Assembly (NCBI GenBank): GCA_963823665.1
Contig: CAWGMQ010000005.1
Span: 1,792,001-1,856,000 of the forward strand
Direction of reading: 5' to 3'
DNA from: an uncultured Planctomycetota bacterium
GTDB taxonomy: Bacteria > Planctomycetota > Planctomycetia > Isosphaerales > Isosphaeraceae
Length of the DNA stretch: 64,000 nt
Numbering within the stretch: position 1 is the stretch's first letter; the number at the start of each line of letters is the position of its first letter. The position numbers were made by a program, and so were the translations under genes. A model generated the notes under the pieces. That model was not told the origin of the DNA, ran no database searches, and saw only the letters and a list, made by a program, of their open reading frames with translations. Shown here piece by piece: positions 38,266 to 49,353 of the stretch.

Positions 38266-41139
38266 TCACCAAAACCATTCGACCAAGCGGCCAAGGCAGC
38301 CTGCGGCAACTCCCCCGGCCACCGCCGCTTGACTAATAATGAAGTAATTGTAGAAGCTCGCCGTAGCAATGAGCCCGCCTGCCGCCCCAGCTCCAGCGAA
38401 CCCACCAGTGACCGCCATTAAGGCGACGTTTGTCGCTGCCTGCATCGGAGAGTGTGGAGCATCGTTAAAGTAGTATTGATATCCCTCCCAGGCTAAGCCA
38501 ACCATGGCACCGCCGACGAAACCTGGATAACCGCCGAGCATGACGACCGCACTGCTTCCGGTTTGCGCGCCAACATTCGACCCATATGTCCATCCCCACG
38601 AGGCCAACTGGCACAAAAGGTTCATGTTGTGTGCCCACACTGAGAAGCCCCATAAACGGTCACCGACGAAATAAGTGTGGTACTCTGAAACCTGGACGTT
38701 GTAGACGGGCGCGAATTGCTGGCCGATTGTAATGGCGTCAAGGGCGATCCAGTTGCCGTCATGGCTTCGGAAACGATCGCCTGGGACCAGATGTTGAGCC
38801 TCCTTCCAGCCACGACTTTCCGCCCAAAACCGGTGCGAGCTTGTCGTTCTTATCGTGCGTCCATCGACCCGCAGGTCCACCAGGCAAGCGCTGCTCTCGA
38901 AGACCCTTTCAACCCGCTGCGGCACCGCCGGTCCGAGCGGGTCGTGCTCAGGTGCCGAGAGAATCCAGTCACCGGGTCGAAACTGCTCAATCGGCTTGCT
39001 CCCGTCCGGCGTCAACAGTTGCGTGCCGGCCGCAAAGCACCCTGTCATGGCGGCGGTGGCCTCTGCCATGCAGGCCTCACCAGCCGCCGTCGAAGCGGTT
39101 CCCTCGGCGGCCATCACGGCTGCACTCTCCTCCATGAGTAAGCCTGCCCCCGTTGCGGCCGTTTCCCCAGCCGCGGCCGCGGCCGCGCCTTCGCCGGCCA
39201 TCGTCGCGGCCGCCGCTTCTATCCCACCGGCGCCCAAGGCAACCATCGACACGGCGGCGAGCGCCGCAGCCAGAGTCAGTGACGCTGCTGCCACACCAAG
39301 CGCACACGCCTGTGCGGTTTGGAGATCGGTGTCCATCGTGCTCGGGTTGGTCAGAAAGTGCCAGTAATCGCCCAACGACGGCATAGCCAGCCCCGAAACT
39401 TCATCCAATCCGCTCGGATCAGTCGCGTCCGTCGCGTTGTTGCCAGTGTAACGGTAGAGATTCGGGTCGCCGGCCCCAAAGCCTTTCGGATCTCGGATTG
39501 TGAAGTGCCCAACACCGGCTCCGTACCACCGTGCGTTGTCGTAGAACTGCGCCGTCGTCGAGTCGTATTCCATACCCGCATACGTAAATCGATCCCCGTT
39601 GCTCGCGTTCGTCTCGGTCGTGATGTTGCCGAAGCTGTCGTAGACGACGTGATTGAGCACCGACCCCGCAGAGCTCACTATGTCCCGAACCGAATCCAGC
39701 TTATCGGCCAAGTACCACGCCGTCGCCCCGCCTGAGCTTGTTCTGGCCAGCAACACATTGGCAACGATAGCATTGACCATGCCAGGCCCGGACAGATAGC
39801 GGGTTAGCAAGGCGCCCGATCCATTGAAGTCTGCGTACGGGACCGCATCCGGGTTATTGCCGTTGTAGACGGTCCAGGTCTGCGAGCCGCCCTCTTGGAT
39901 TCCGATGCGCTGGTTCAACGCGTTATAGGTATAGGTTGCGACAATCGTCCCGCCCTGTTTCACCTCGGTCAACCGATTCCGATAATCATACGTGTAGGTT
40001 GTGAAGGTGCCACCGCTGTTGGCGCTGATCATGTTGCCCGCGTTGTCGTAGGTGTAGGTGACGCCCGGCGAAGTCAGCGTCTCGTTCATCACCGTTGTCG
40101 AATATCCGGTTCCCGTTCGGTTGCCGTTGGCGTCATACGCGTAGGACTCCACCTGCGTTCCGCCCTTATACACGCTCGTGAGTTCATCGCCATTGTCATA
40201 CGTGTAAGTATATGTTCCCTCTGCATCGACCATGGTCGCAACGCGGTCGGCATTGTCATAGCTGTAGAGATATGTCGCGAGCGCCGATCCGCCCGAGACG
40301 TAATCCGTGATCGTCGTCTGCCTGTCAGACGCATCATAACTGTATGATGTATTAACCGACGTTCCGCTCCCGCCGATCGTCCGAGACTGCGCTGAAATCT
40401 GATCATTTGGCGTGTAGCTCGTGACGATTTCCGGACCAGCGGTACCGCCGTACGAGGTCGTGATTGTGGTTAGTCTCTCGCTCGCGTCATATACATATGT
40501 TTCAATTCCAACGTTGCCCGAGATGTTGTCCGCCACGCTCGTCAAGCTGTGCAGGGCATCATAACCCGCGGTCAGGGTGACGCTCGGCTGGCCACTACCA
40601 GGCCCCGATGTCGCCGATGTGATTAGGTTGCCGCCCGAGTCGTACGTGAAGGTCAACGTGGCATACGCGTCGGTGGCGCCTGTCATCTCGTTGTTCGCGT
40701 CGTACGTGTACGTGATCTTCTCAGCAGGCGAGGCGCCGACCCAGGTTTCGCCGGTTTCCTCCCCATCGGCATTATAGGAGTAGGTCGTGCGACGGCCATC
40801 GGCGTCGGTCGTATCGGTCAGTTCGCCGTCTGAGTCGTACACATAAGTGACCGTAGACCCGTTGGGCAGGGTCATCGTCGTGACACGGCCGTCGGCGTCA
40901 TAGGCCCACTGTGTTTCGTTGCCGTCCGGGTCGGTAAGGCTGGTCTCCTCGCCGGCTGCGTTGTAGGTGATCGTCGTGATTCCGCCCGTCGGGTTAACGA
41001 TTGTCGTCGCCCGGCCGAGGGCGTCGTAAAGCGTTGTGGTGGTGTGCCCCAGCGCGTCCGTGACGGTGACCGGCCTGCCGTCCTGGTCATACCCGTACAC
41101 GGTGGCGCCTGCCGACTCACTGACAGTTGTCACACGGTC
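38266..41139 (-). pseudogene. RHS/YD-repeat protein, 3' part: RHS core, DPSGL cleavage site, HINT domain, hydrophobic C-terminal tip
   Basis: YD repeats; YDSFG, RFTYAGMEYD, NLYRYTGNN…DPSGL; HINT CFAAGT…VYNVQV…HTYFVG…AHN at 39039-38626. Confidence 0.92.
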
Positions 41140-41223
41140 GTAACCGTCCGGTGAAGTGCATCTTTATCCGGGCGGGGGTTGGTGTCAGGATAAGCCGGTG
41201 CCCTCACGCACCGGAGTCCACGC

Positions 41224-41619
41224 ATGTCCCGCGCTATTCCCAAATGCGATTGGTCAGCCATACTGGCTGACTTCCACCGCTCTGGTTTGACCCAAACTGA
41301 GTTTTGTCGCCGCCGTCATATCTCCGTCAGCTCCTTCCGCAGTTGGCTATACGGTCTCCGTGGCGGATTTCCTACCGCCGGCCCCTCGGAAAGCCGTCGC
41401 CCGGCGCCGGTCTCTGCCCCGGCGAGCTCCGCGCTCCCCGCCTTCCTTCCTGTGCTTGTCCGTCCCCAATCGAGGGTTTCTACGGCCGACCCCCACGTCT
41501 CCCATCCACCCGCCTCGCTCGAGCTCGTCGTGAGTGAACGACACTTCGTCCGCATTCCACCCGGCTTTGATCCGGCGACCCTTCATCAACTCCTCGACGT
41601 CCTGGAAGATCGGCCGTGA
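41224..41619 (+). CDS. tnpA: IS66 accessory protein TnpA
   Basis: W…SGLTQTEFCRRRHIS..SFRSW, AFLPV, VRIPPGFDPATL. Confidence 0.88.
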   Translation: MSRAIPKCDWSAILADFHRSGLTQTEFCRRRHISVSSFRSWLYGLRGGFPTAGPSESRRPAPVSAPASSALPAFLPVLVRPQSRVSTADPHVSHPPASLELVVSERHFVRIPPGFDPATLHQLLDVLEDRP

Positions 41620-41996
41620 TCAACTTCCCACCCACAGTCCGCATTTTCTTGGCCGTTGGGCCAGCGGATCTCCGGAAGGGATTCGACGGCCTCGCTGCCC
41701 TCACCTCTTCGACCATCGGCTTGGATCCCCTCTGCGGCCATCTCTTCGTCTTTCGCAATCGGCGGGGCGATCGCCTCAAGATCCTCTACTGGGACCGCGA
41801 TGGCTACGCGCTCTGGTACAAGCGGCTCGAGCGAGGCGTCTTCCGCTTCCCTCAACCCACGGCGAACCGCATCGAAGTCTCGCCGGCCGAGATGGCTGCC
41901 ATCCTCGCCGGCATCGATTTACGCACCGCGGGCCGCCAGCGACGCTACACTTTGCCGGCGCCCATCCCCATCTCGCAGGCAGATGCACTCGTATAA
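41616..41996 (+). CDS. tnpB: IS66 accessory protein TnpB
   Basis: DLRKGFDGL, LFVFRNRRGDRLKILYWD, KRLERGVF. Confidence 0.95.
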   Translation: MINFPPTVRIFLAVGPADLRKGFDGLAALTSSTIGLDPLCGHLFVFRNRRGDRLKILYWDRDGYALWYKRLERGVFRFPQPTANRIEVSPAEMAAILAGIDLRTAGRQRRYTLPAPIPISQADALV

Positions 41997-42046
41997 TCTT
42001 CTGAGAATCTCTCGTCACATTGACGGCGGTCGACCGTAATAACGGT

Positions 42047-43609
42047 ATGACGACGGCGGCCGATTCACTCCCCACCGATCTGGAAACCGCCCATCAGCTC
42101 ATCCGCGAGCTCTTGGAGACGCTGCGCCAGCAGACCGTCCTGAACGAGCACCTCCAGCATCAGCTCGAAAAGCTCCTGCGGCGGATCTACGGCCCCAGGA
42201 CCGAAAAGCTCGACCCCAACCAACTCCTCCTTTTCGCCCGCGAGATCTTGGAAGCAACCGGAGTCGACCCCGCTGCGGCCCCACCGGCTGCCGACGCGAA
42301 GACAACCGAGTCGGTTGGCCAAGCGGAACCAACCAAGAAGAACGGGCACGGTCGTAAGCCGCTGCCCAGGAGCCTCGAGCGCCGGCGCAAGGTCCACGAC
42401 GTTCTCCCCGAACTACTCCCGTGCCCCGACTGCGGCGTCATCCGCACCGGCATTGGCGAGGAGGTTCGCGAGCAGCTTGAATTTGTTCAGGCCAGCTTGA
42501 TTGTGGTCGAGCATGTGCGGCCCAAGTACGCGTGCAAGGCATGCCAGGCCAACGTGATCATTGCCGAACGACTTCCTGAGCCGATCGAGAAAGGTTTGCC
42601 TGGCCCAGGGCTCATGGCCCAGGTGATCGTCAGCAAGTACGCCGACCATTTGCCGCTTTATCGGCAGGAAGGAATCTTCCGCCGTCACGGCGTGGAGCTG
42701 TCTCGTCAGACGATGTGCGATTGGATGGCGGTCTCTGCCGAATTGTTGGAACCGATCGTCGCGGAGATGCACTGCGAGATCCTCAAATCGCGGGTCATTC
42801 AGACTGACGACACGCCAGTACCCGTTCTGGACCGGAGTTTGGGGAAGACGCGGACAGGCCGGCTCTGGGACTACCTGGGGGATCGCGATCATCCCCACGT
42901 GGTGTACGACTACACGCCGGATCGCAGCGGCGAGGGACCGCAGCGGATGCTCGATGGTTATGAAGGCTACCTTCAAGCCGACGCGTATTCGGCCTACGAC
43001 GCGATCTACGCCGGGAAGAAGATCATCGAAGTGGGGTGCTGGGCGCACGCGCGGCGGAAGTTCCACGAGTCCAAGTCGAGCGACGCGGTAAGGGCGCACG
43101 TGGCGATGGCCATGATTCAGCAGTTGTACAAGGTGGAGAAGGACACCAAGGATCAGGACGACGCGGTGCGCGGGGCATTGCGCCAGGAGCGTTCGAAGCC
43201 GATCTTGAATGAGATCCACGCTTGGTTGTTACAGGAAAAGAGTCGCGTATTGCCCAAGAGTCCGATCGGCGAAGCGATCGGGTATGCCTTGAATCACTGG
43301 CAGGCGCTCGAGAGATTCACCGAGGCGGGTTGGCTGTCGATCGACAATAACGCCAGCGAGCGCGGGATGAAGCCGGTGGCACTCGGTCGAAAGAATTGGT
43401 TATTCGCCGGGAGTGACGCCGGCGGCAAGACGGCGGCGACGCTGATGAGCTTGTGCATGACGTGCAAGAACGTGGGGGTGGATGCGTTTGCCTATCTGCG
43501 TGACGTGCTGGAGCGGATCAGCACGCACCCCGCGCGGCGAATCAGAGAGTTGCTGCCGGATCAGTGGAAGAAAGAACGGGTGGCAGCGGAGACGAAGCCG
43601 GTGGAGTGA
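42047..43609 (+). CDS. tnpC: IS66 transposase TnpC
   Basis: KYADHLPLYRQ, DDTPV, LQADAY, CWAHARRKF, IDNNASER, GRKNWLFAGS. Confidence 0.96.
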   Translation: MTTAADSLPTDLETAHQLIRELLETLRQQTVLNEHLQHQLEKLLRRIYGPRTEKLDPNQLLLFAREILEATGVDPAAAPPAADAKTTESVGQAEPTKKNGHGRKPLPRSLERRRKVHDVLPELLPCPDCGVIRTGIGEEVREQLEFVQASLIVVEHVRPKYACKACQANVIIAERLPEPIEKGLPGPGLMAQVIVSKYADHLPLYRQEGIFRRHGVELSRQTMCDWMAVSAELLEPIVAEMHCEILKSRVIQTDDTPVPVLDRSLGKTRTGRLWDYLGDRDHPHVVYDYTPDRSGEGPQRMLDGYEGYLQADAYSAYDAIYAGKKIIEVGCWAHARRKFHESKSSDAVRAHVAMAMIQQLYKVEKDTKDQDDAVRGALRQERSKPILNEIHAWLLQEKSRVLPKSPIGEAIGYALNHWQALERFTEAGWLSIDNNASERGMKPVALGRKNWLFAGSDAGGKTAATLMSLCMTCKNVGVDAFAYLRDVLERISTHPARRIRELLPDQWKKERVAAETKPVE

Positions 43610-43770
43610 CCGCGCTGGTCACGAGCAGAGAGCTTGCGCGCGTGCTGGTGCGGCCGGCGGTCGAGCGGGCCTGGATGCCCTCGGTGATCGGCCCCGAGCT
43701 CCCAGGCGCGCGAAGCAAGTCGCGCGCCGGCCGCGCGCATTTAGCCGCGTGTACTCCACCGGACGGTTAC

Positions 43771-46700
43771 CTCGTGATCGCGCCATTGGCCTCCGTTACC
43801 GTGATCTGGTTGCCGCCCGAATCGTAACCGTAGGTCGTCGTGTCACCGCTGGAATCAACCTCCGTTGTATTACGGTTGTCAGGGTTGTACGAGTATGATT
43901 CGTTTCCGCCGCTCCCGGGGTTCGATACGGTCGACTGCATTCCCGTGGCCGTATAGGAATATGTGGTTGTCTTTCCAAGAGGATCGATGACCGTCGCAAC
44001 CCAGCCCCGGTTGTCGTAGCTCGTCGTCGTCTGGCCGATCGGAGCCGACACCTGAATGACCTCGGAATCGCCGTCGTAGGCCGTTGTCGTATGGTTCCCC
44101 ATGGGGTCGATCACGACGATCGGACGGTCCAGCTCATCGTAACTCGTCGTGGTGGTCCGGCCCATGGGGTCCGTCGCGGTCACCTGGTTCCCATCGGAAT
44201 CGTAGCGGTAAGTGGTCTGCAAACCCAAGGGCGCGGTTACGGTAGTGACCCTATTCATAGTATCATATGCATATGTGGTAGTTCGTGCCCCCCCGCCGCT
44301 CGGCGTTGGCTCCTCGTCCACGGTCACATTGCCCCCGGCGTCAAGCACCAGCGTCGTGACACCGGCCAGGGCGTCGGTTGAACCGGTCTCCCGGTTCAGT
44401 GGGTCGAAACTGTAGGTGGTGGCCTTACCGGCATTATCGACAAACTTGATCACGTCACCCTGCGAATCGTAGGTGTACAGGTTAGTCGTTCCATCTGGAA
44501 ATTGAACCGTCGTCGCTCGATCCAATGAATCATACAGATATGTAGTTAGGTTATTATTAGCGTCGGTCACCGTTTTCAGACGCCCCGTCGAGGTGTAAGT
44601 CATCGCGGTCGAATCGAGCAGAGGATCCTCGATGAGCGTTAGGTTCCCGCCGGTGTACGTATAGCTCGTGGTGTTGCCACCCGCGTCGGTGTAGGTGAGC
44701 GGTTGAGAGTCGGAATTGAACGTGTAGATCTCTTCGTTCCCGTCTTCAAAAACGATGCTGACGGCATTGCCCTTGGAATCGTAGCCGAACTGGGTGTTCC
44801 GATTGTCCTGGTCGACGGCGATCGTAGGCAGGCCGTTCGAATTCCGGTCGAAGAGCTGGACGTCGCCCGAGGCGTCGATAGCGTTACCCGCTTGGCCCAT
44901 TCCCATCCAGTCGGGCTGGATGGTCGTGGTGTTGCTGTTCGGGCTCGTGTACGTGCTGCCCGCAACTGCGAGCAGCGTGGACGGCGCAGGGCTGCCCGAC
45001 GTGCCGCTGTTCGTCCAGCCCGCTTCCTGGTCGTTCGTGAAGTCCTCGGTGGTGCTATCTGGCCGGTTCACCGAGCTTACGCGCCCACCAGAATCGAAGT
45101 TTATGGTCGCGGTGTGCGAGAGTGGATCGGATATTTGCGTCATCTGACCACCCGAGGCGTAGCTATAGTTCCAGGTCGACGCGTCAGACAATTCCACCTC
45201 GGTCAAATTCCCGCCGGAGTGAGTAAACGTAACAGAACGCGAAGCCGGGTCTTCGATACTCTGGAGGTAACCGCCGCTGTAGGTGAAGGTCGTGTCGTTG
45301 CCGAGGTAATCCTCGATCGAAGTCAGATTACCCCCACTGTACGAATAGGTAGTATGGTTGCCATTCAAATCGATCGTCGACGTCTCGTAACCACCCGAAT
45401 TGAACGTGATTTGCGTGCCGTCGGTCAGGGTGTCGGTATAGGTTCCTCCTGAGTTCTTGACGAGCGTCGAGAACTCGCCGGCCGGGTCGGTATACGTGCC
45501 GCCGCCGCTGCCGCCGCCGGAAAACCACAGCGACCGCCCGTCATCTCCCAGGTCGAGAATCACCCCGCCCGATTCGGAATAGATTCGTTCGAGACCCTCC
45601 AGCGTCCACCCGGCGCCGAAGGCGTTGCTGGAATAGTTCAGCAAATTCGTACCGCCGCTATAGGTCAAGGTCGCCACTCCCGAACCGATATCCACCACCT
45701 GCGCCGAGTAAGTATACCGGCCGGTGCTGAGCGAGGTCGCGTTTGTGGCCTGGAGATTGATCTGTTGCACATCCCCCGTATTCAAAGCCGACGTACTCGT
45801 CGACGTGTTGTAGTAATACTTCGTCAGCGCCGTGCCGCCGTTGAAGGTGAGCTGGGCGCTCACCTGGCTCGGCACCGTGGCAGGAATCGTGTTCTCGACC
45901 GTGATGATCGGTTCGGGTTGCGCCGTCAGTGAATCATAAACCAGAGCGATGGCTGGGACATTCGGATTATAGCTGGGCAGGTCGATCTCGGTGTCGAGCG
46001 AGCCGCTGTTGGCATCGACCGTCGCGTTATCACTCGCGAACGGTGGTGACGACAGAAGCTGCTGGCTGGGTGCCAGCGAAGTCGCCCAGGTCGCATTCGT
46101 GCCGCCGCCGGACGCGCCGGTAGTCGTTCCATTCGGTAGCCAGAAGTCGTAGGTGTACGTCAGGGTTTGCGACAAGGTGTCCGTCACCGAAAGAGTCACC
46201 GAGGTGCCATAGCCGTACCCGGCCGGGTTGGTGCTGTCCCACCGGAAGTTGAGTTGGTCGGTGCTCGTACCCGATATGAGGGTTGCAGGCAAGCCACTAG
46301 TGTTCCAACTGTACGAAGATACAGTAGCGCCAGAAACCTGCGCGACGAGATCCATCCACCCGTCGAGCGTGGCGAGCTGCTGGACACCTGGGTACAAGAC
46401 GACCCCCGCCTGATTATCCAAGACGTACACATTGAACGGTTCTGATACGTCATCCGTGATGGGCGAGGAGTTCCCAATCACCGGGTCGGGAGTCGAACCC
46501 GGAGGCGGCGTGCTGCCACCGGACGGAGTCGACCCCGGGTCGGCAGCCGGGCTGAACGGCACAGCACCGTTGCCGCCCTGGTTGCTCTCGCCGGAAGCAG
46601 CGCCGGCGCCGGCGTGGACGAGCGAGATTCTCGGAACCGGACCCGCGCCCCCGGCCCCGGGCGATGCGACTTGTGTGCCGGCGCCGCTCGCCCCGGCGAC

Positions 46701-47327
46701 GGCCGCCAGTAACGCAGCCGACGCGCCGCCGCCGGCGCTCGCGGCCGGAGTGGATGCAGGTAAGCGCAGCGGCGTGATGGTACCGTGCGCGGTGTTCTGT
46801 GTCCCTCGCGACGCGCTCGTTCCACCGCGCGGTGCCTGCGCCGGCCCGCCACCCGGCCCCTTGGCCGGATGCCAGGGCTTAGAGATTCCCTCGGCGCCCT
46901 GGTCCGCTGCCGGCTTGGCGCTCAAGGTGAGCCAGTCGTTCGAAGCTTCGCTGCTCGAGCGGCGCCCGGCCGCGCCAGATGCTTCAGCCGCGGAGGAACC
47001 ACCCGTCCCGGCGATCTGACCAATGGCGAGCGCGTCGATCGACTTCAGGAGCTTGGCGGGGAGCGCGTACGGCCTGGCGCTGGAACTTCCTGACTTCTTT
47101 GCCGCGTCCTTGGCTGGCGCAAGCGCGTTGAGTGCGTGATTTGCGCTATCGGGATACATGAACCCAAGCTGGATCAAGTTGCGGATGGCGTTCGTCGCCA
47201 CCTCTACAAGGCTGACGGGCTCGGTTATCTGCGTCCTCGATTCAAGCCGGTCCAGGCGATCCACGTTCCGGCGAAGCATTCTGCGGCGGCGTTCGGTATA
47301 TCCGATGTGCAGGCGGAAAAGACCCAT
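43771..47327 (-). pseudogene. RHS/YD-repeat protein, 5' part, with planctomycete RRR…LESR leader; interrupted by IS66
   Basis: RRRRMLRRNVDRLDRLESR leader; Gly/Ala/Ser linker; FGAGW; many YD repeats; frame ends in the IS66 IRR. Confidence 0.92.
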
Positions 47328-47443
47328 GGCGCGCTCCCTGAAATAGGCGCGGGGGCACTACCCTCGCTAGTCGTTCCCTCTGGTGGGGATGCTACTGGAT
47401 GTAAAAAGACGCGGTTGCGAACGAGGGACATCGACAGCAAAAT

Positions 47444-47749
47444 TCATTTCATTGGCGGACGCTCGTTGGGGTGACGGCCCGGTTTGAGCTTCGTTCGTTG
47501 ATTTCGTCGCCCGGTGCGGCGTGCTTGAGATGTCGGCACTCGGTAGGTGAACGTCGTGAAATTGCACAAATAGTCGAGAGTGGCTTCGATCGGCTCGTGC
47601 CCGGGGTGGTCCTCGAGCGGTTGCCCGGCAAGCTGCTGCGGAACAGTGAAGCTGATCGGCTCGGCGACGGCCGTCCTCGATTCGAGCCCGTCAACCTTCT
47701 TTAGCTTGCGTCGACGAGGCTCGGTGAGGTGCAGGCGGCGGAAACTCAT
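47444..47749 (-). pseudogene. Orphan copy of the RHS leader (probable truncated paralog)
   Basis: AGGAG RBS; MSFRRLHLTEPRRRKLKKVDGLESRTAVAEPISF parallels MGLFRLHIGYTERRRR…DRLESRTQITEPVSL. Confidence 0.6.
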
Positions 47750-48119
47750 AGCGCGCTCCTTGAGACGGTGGCGTGCTTGGCACCCCTGGGCGTTCCATGG
47801 AACCTCGCCGCCGCCTGAGCTGGCAGGTGAGGCGCTGAACCCGCGCCGAACGGGAACAGAGCACACGCTACCCGAAGGCACGCGGTGACAAACAAACAAA
47901 CGGTTCCCGTGTGAGCGCATGTCCGAATCTGCAATCGGACACCGTCGCGAGCGGAACAATAGCGGACTGGTTTGCCTCAGGCGTGGGTCAATGCATCTAC
48001 TGAGTTGAACCACGGCCTTTCGAGATCGGAATGTGATTCTTCTATATGTTATACAGTAACGAGACACCTGCCCCATTTCGAAAATCTGGAAAAACTCCGA
48101 GTTTTCGTCGAGAATTCTC

Positions 48120-48731
48120 TCATGTCCGCCCAAGGCCGCATGCACGCAGGAAGTCTCGGAGCTGCGGGACAACTCGGTGCAGGACGGACCGCACGCAGCC
48201 TTCCGTCAGACTCAACTCGTTGGCGATCTCCGGCACCGAGCGCAGTTTCACGAATCGCATAACCACAATCTGACGGTCGCGCTCGCGCAACCTCTCCGCG
48301 AACTCAGTAACACGCGCCTGGAACAACTCGTGTTGCTGCATGTGCTCAAGCTCGGCGTCAGGGCCCGGTTCGTGGTCGACTAACTCCTCTGTCGTGTACG
48401 CGTCCAACGGGCCCTCGCGCCGCTTGACTCGCCTGCGAACCCACCGCCACGCCTCGTGCGATGCAATCGACTTCACCCAGCTTTCAAGTTTGCCGCAAGC
48501 TGGATCAGGATCGAAGTCGGGTAGGTTCTCCAGCAACTTGGTCAGCACATCCTGGGTAACGTCCTCCGACACCGCTCTTGCGGGGCGAACTCGGCGGATC
48601 GAAGCGCCGATGAGCGTGAGGCACATGAGGTGGAACTCGTCCCAGGCCGAGCTCTCCTCGGTTGTTGCGAGACTCCGATCCAGCTTCGCAAGATAGCATT
48701 GGACCAGCGGCAACCGTTTTTGTTCAAACAT
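48120..48731 (-). CDS. ECF sigma-70 factor
   Basis: AWDEF, EDVTQDV, LESWVKSIA, DRQIVVMRF, EIANELSLTEGCVRSVLHR; AAGGAG RBS. Confidence 0.85.
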   Translation of the reverse strand: MFEQKRLPLVQCYLAKLDRSLATTEESSAWDEFHLMCLTLIGASIRRVRPARAVSEDVTQDVLTKLLENLPDFDPDPACGKLESWVKSIASHEAWRWVRRRVKRREGPLDAYTTEELVDHEPGPDAELEHMQQHELFQARVTEFAERLRERDRQIVVMRFVKLRSVPEIANELSLTEGCVRSVLHRVVPQLRDFLRACGLGRT

Positions 48732-49353
48732 GTGAGTGCTCCTTAACATCATGTCAATCACACGCGATATGCAGATTACACACATGGGGAGCCGAGCCGG
48801 TTTCGCGCGGCGCTTGGCGGAGCCCTGCGGCGGCCGCACGCATGGACGCGCGCCGCGCAGTCCGCTCGTTCGCAGTTTGAATGCGCGAGATCGGCGTGTT
48901 CCACAGACAACATGCCGACGCGAAAATGAGCCCCTAGGCGGAGCTGGAATTAGCGTGATGCCGTGCGCACACCGATCCGTGGCGTTGCTCATGCGCCGCG
49001 CAGAACCGGCGGGCGCGCACAACGGCCCAGACAGATGAGATCGTCTTAATTCATCATGTGTTTAACAAGGCCCCCGCGTCCCTGCGAAACCAAGTCGCTC
49101 GCAGGAAGTGAGCATGCTCCACTCCATTGACCCGTGTGGAAACGCTCGCGAAAGCACCTATCCATGATTAAAAAGAGCAGAGACGGCCACTCTACCGGTC
49201 TCCACAGAGAAAGCATGTGGCCAGAAAGAGAATTCTTTACGATGAATAGGCAAAGCCTCAGCGAGCCGCAAAGAACCGTTCGGCCCGCCTAGTAATGGCT
49301 TGGACTACTGATGCGGATTTGTATTCGTACCCTTGGGCAGCTTACCGGCGACG

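Larger units (their letters stand above)
41140..43770 (+). mobile_element. IS66-family insertion sequence (2631 bp), no 8-bp target duplication
   Basis: IRL GTAACCGTCCGGTGAAGTGC, IRR (rc) GTAACCGTCCGGTGGAGTAC; tnpA-tnpB-tnpC organisation. Confidence 0.95.

Noticed and set aside
38626..39039. Mobile intein with homing endonuclease
   Set aside because: Only 138 aa with no endonuclease insert; context fits a polymorphic-toxin HINT domain
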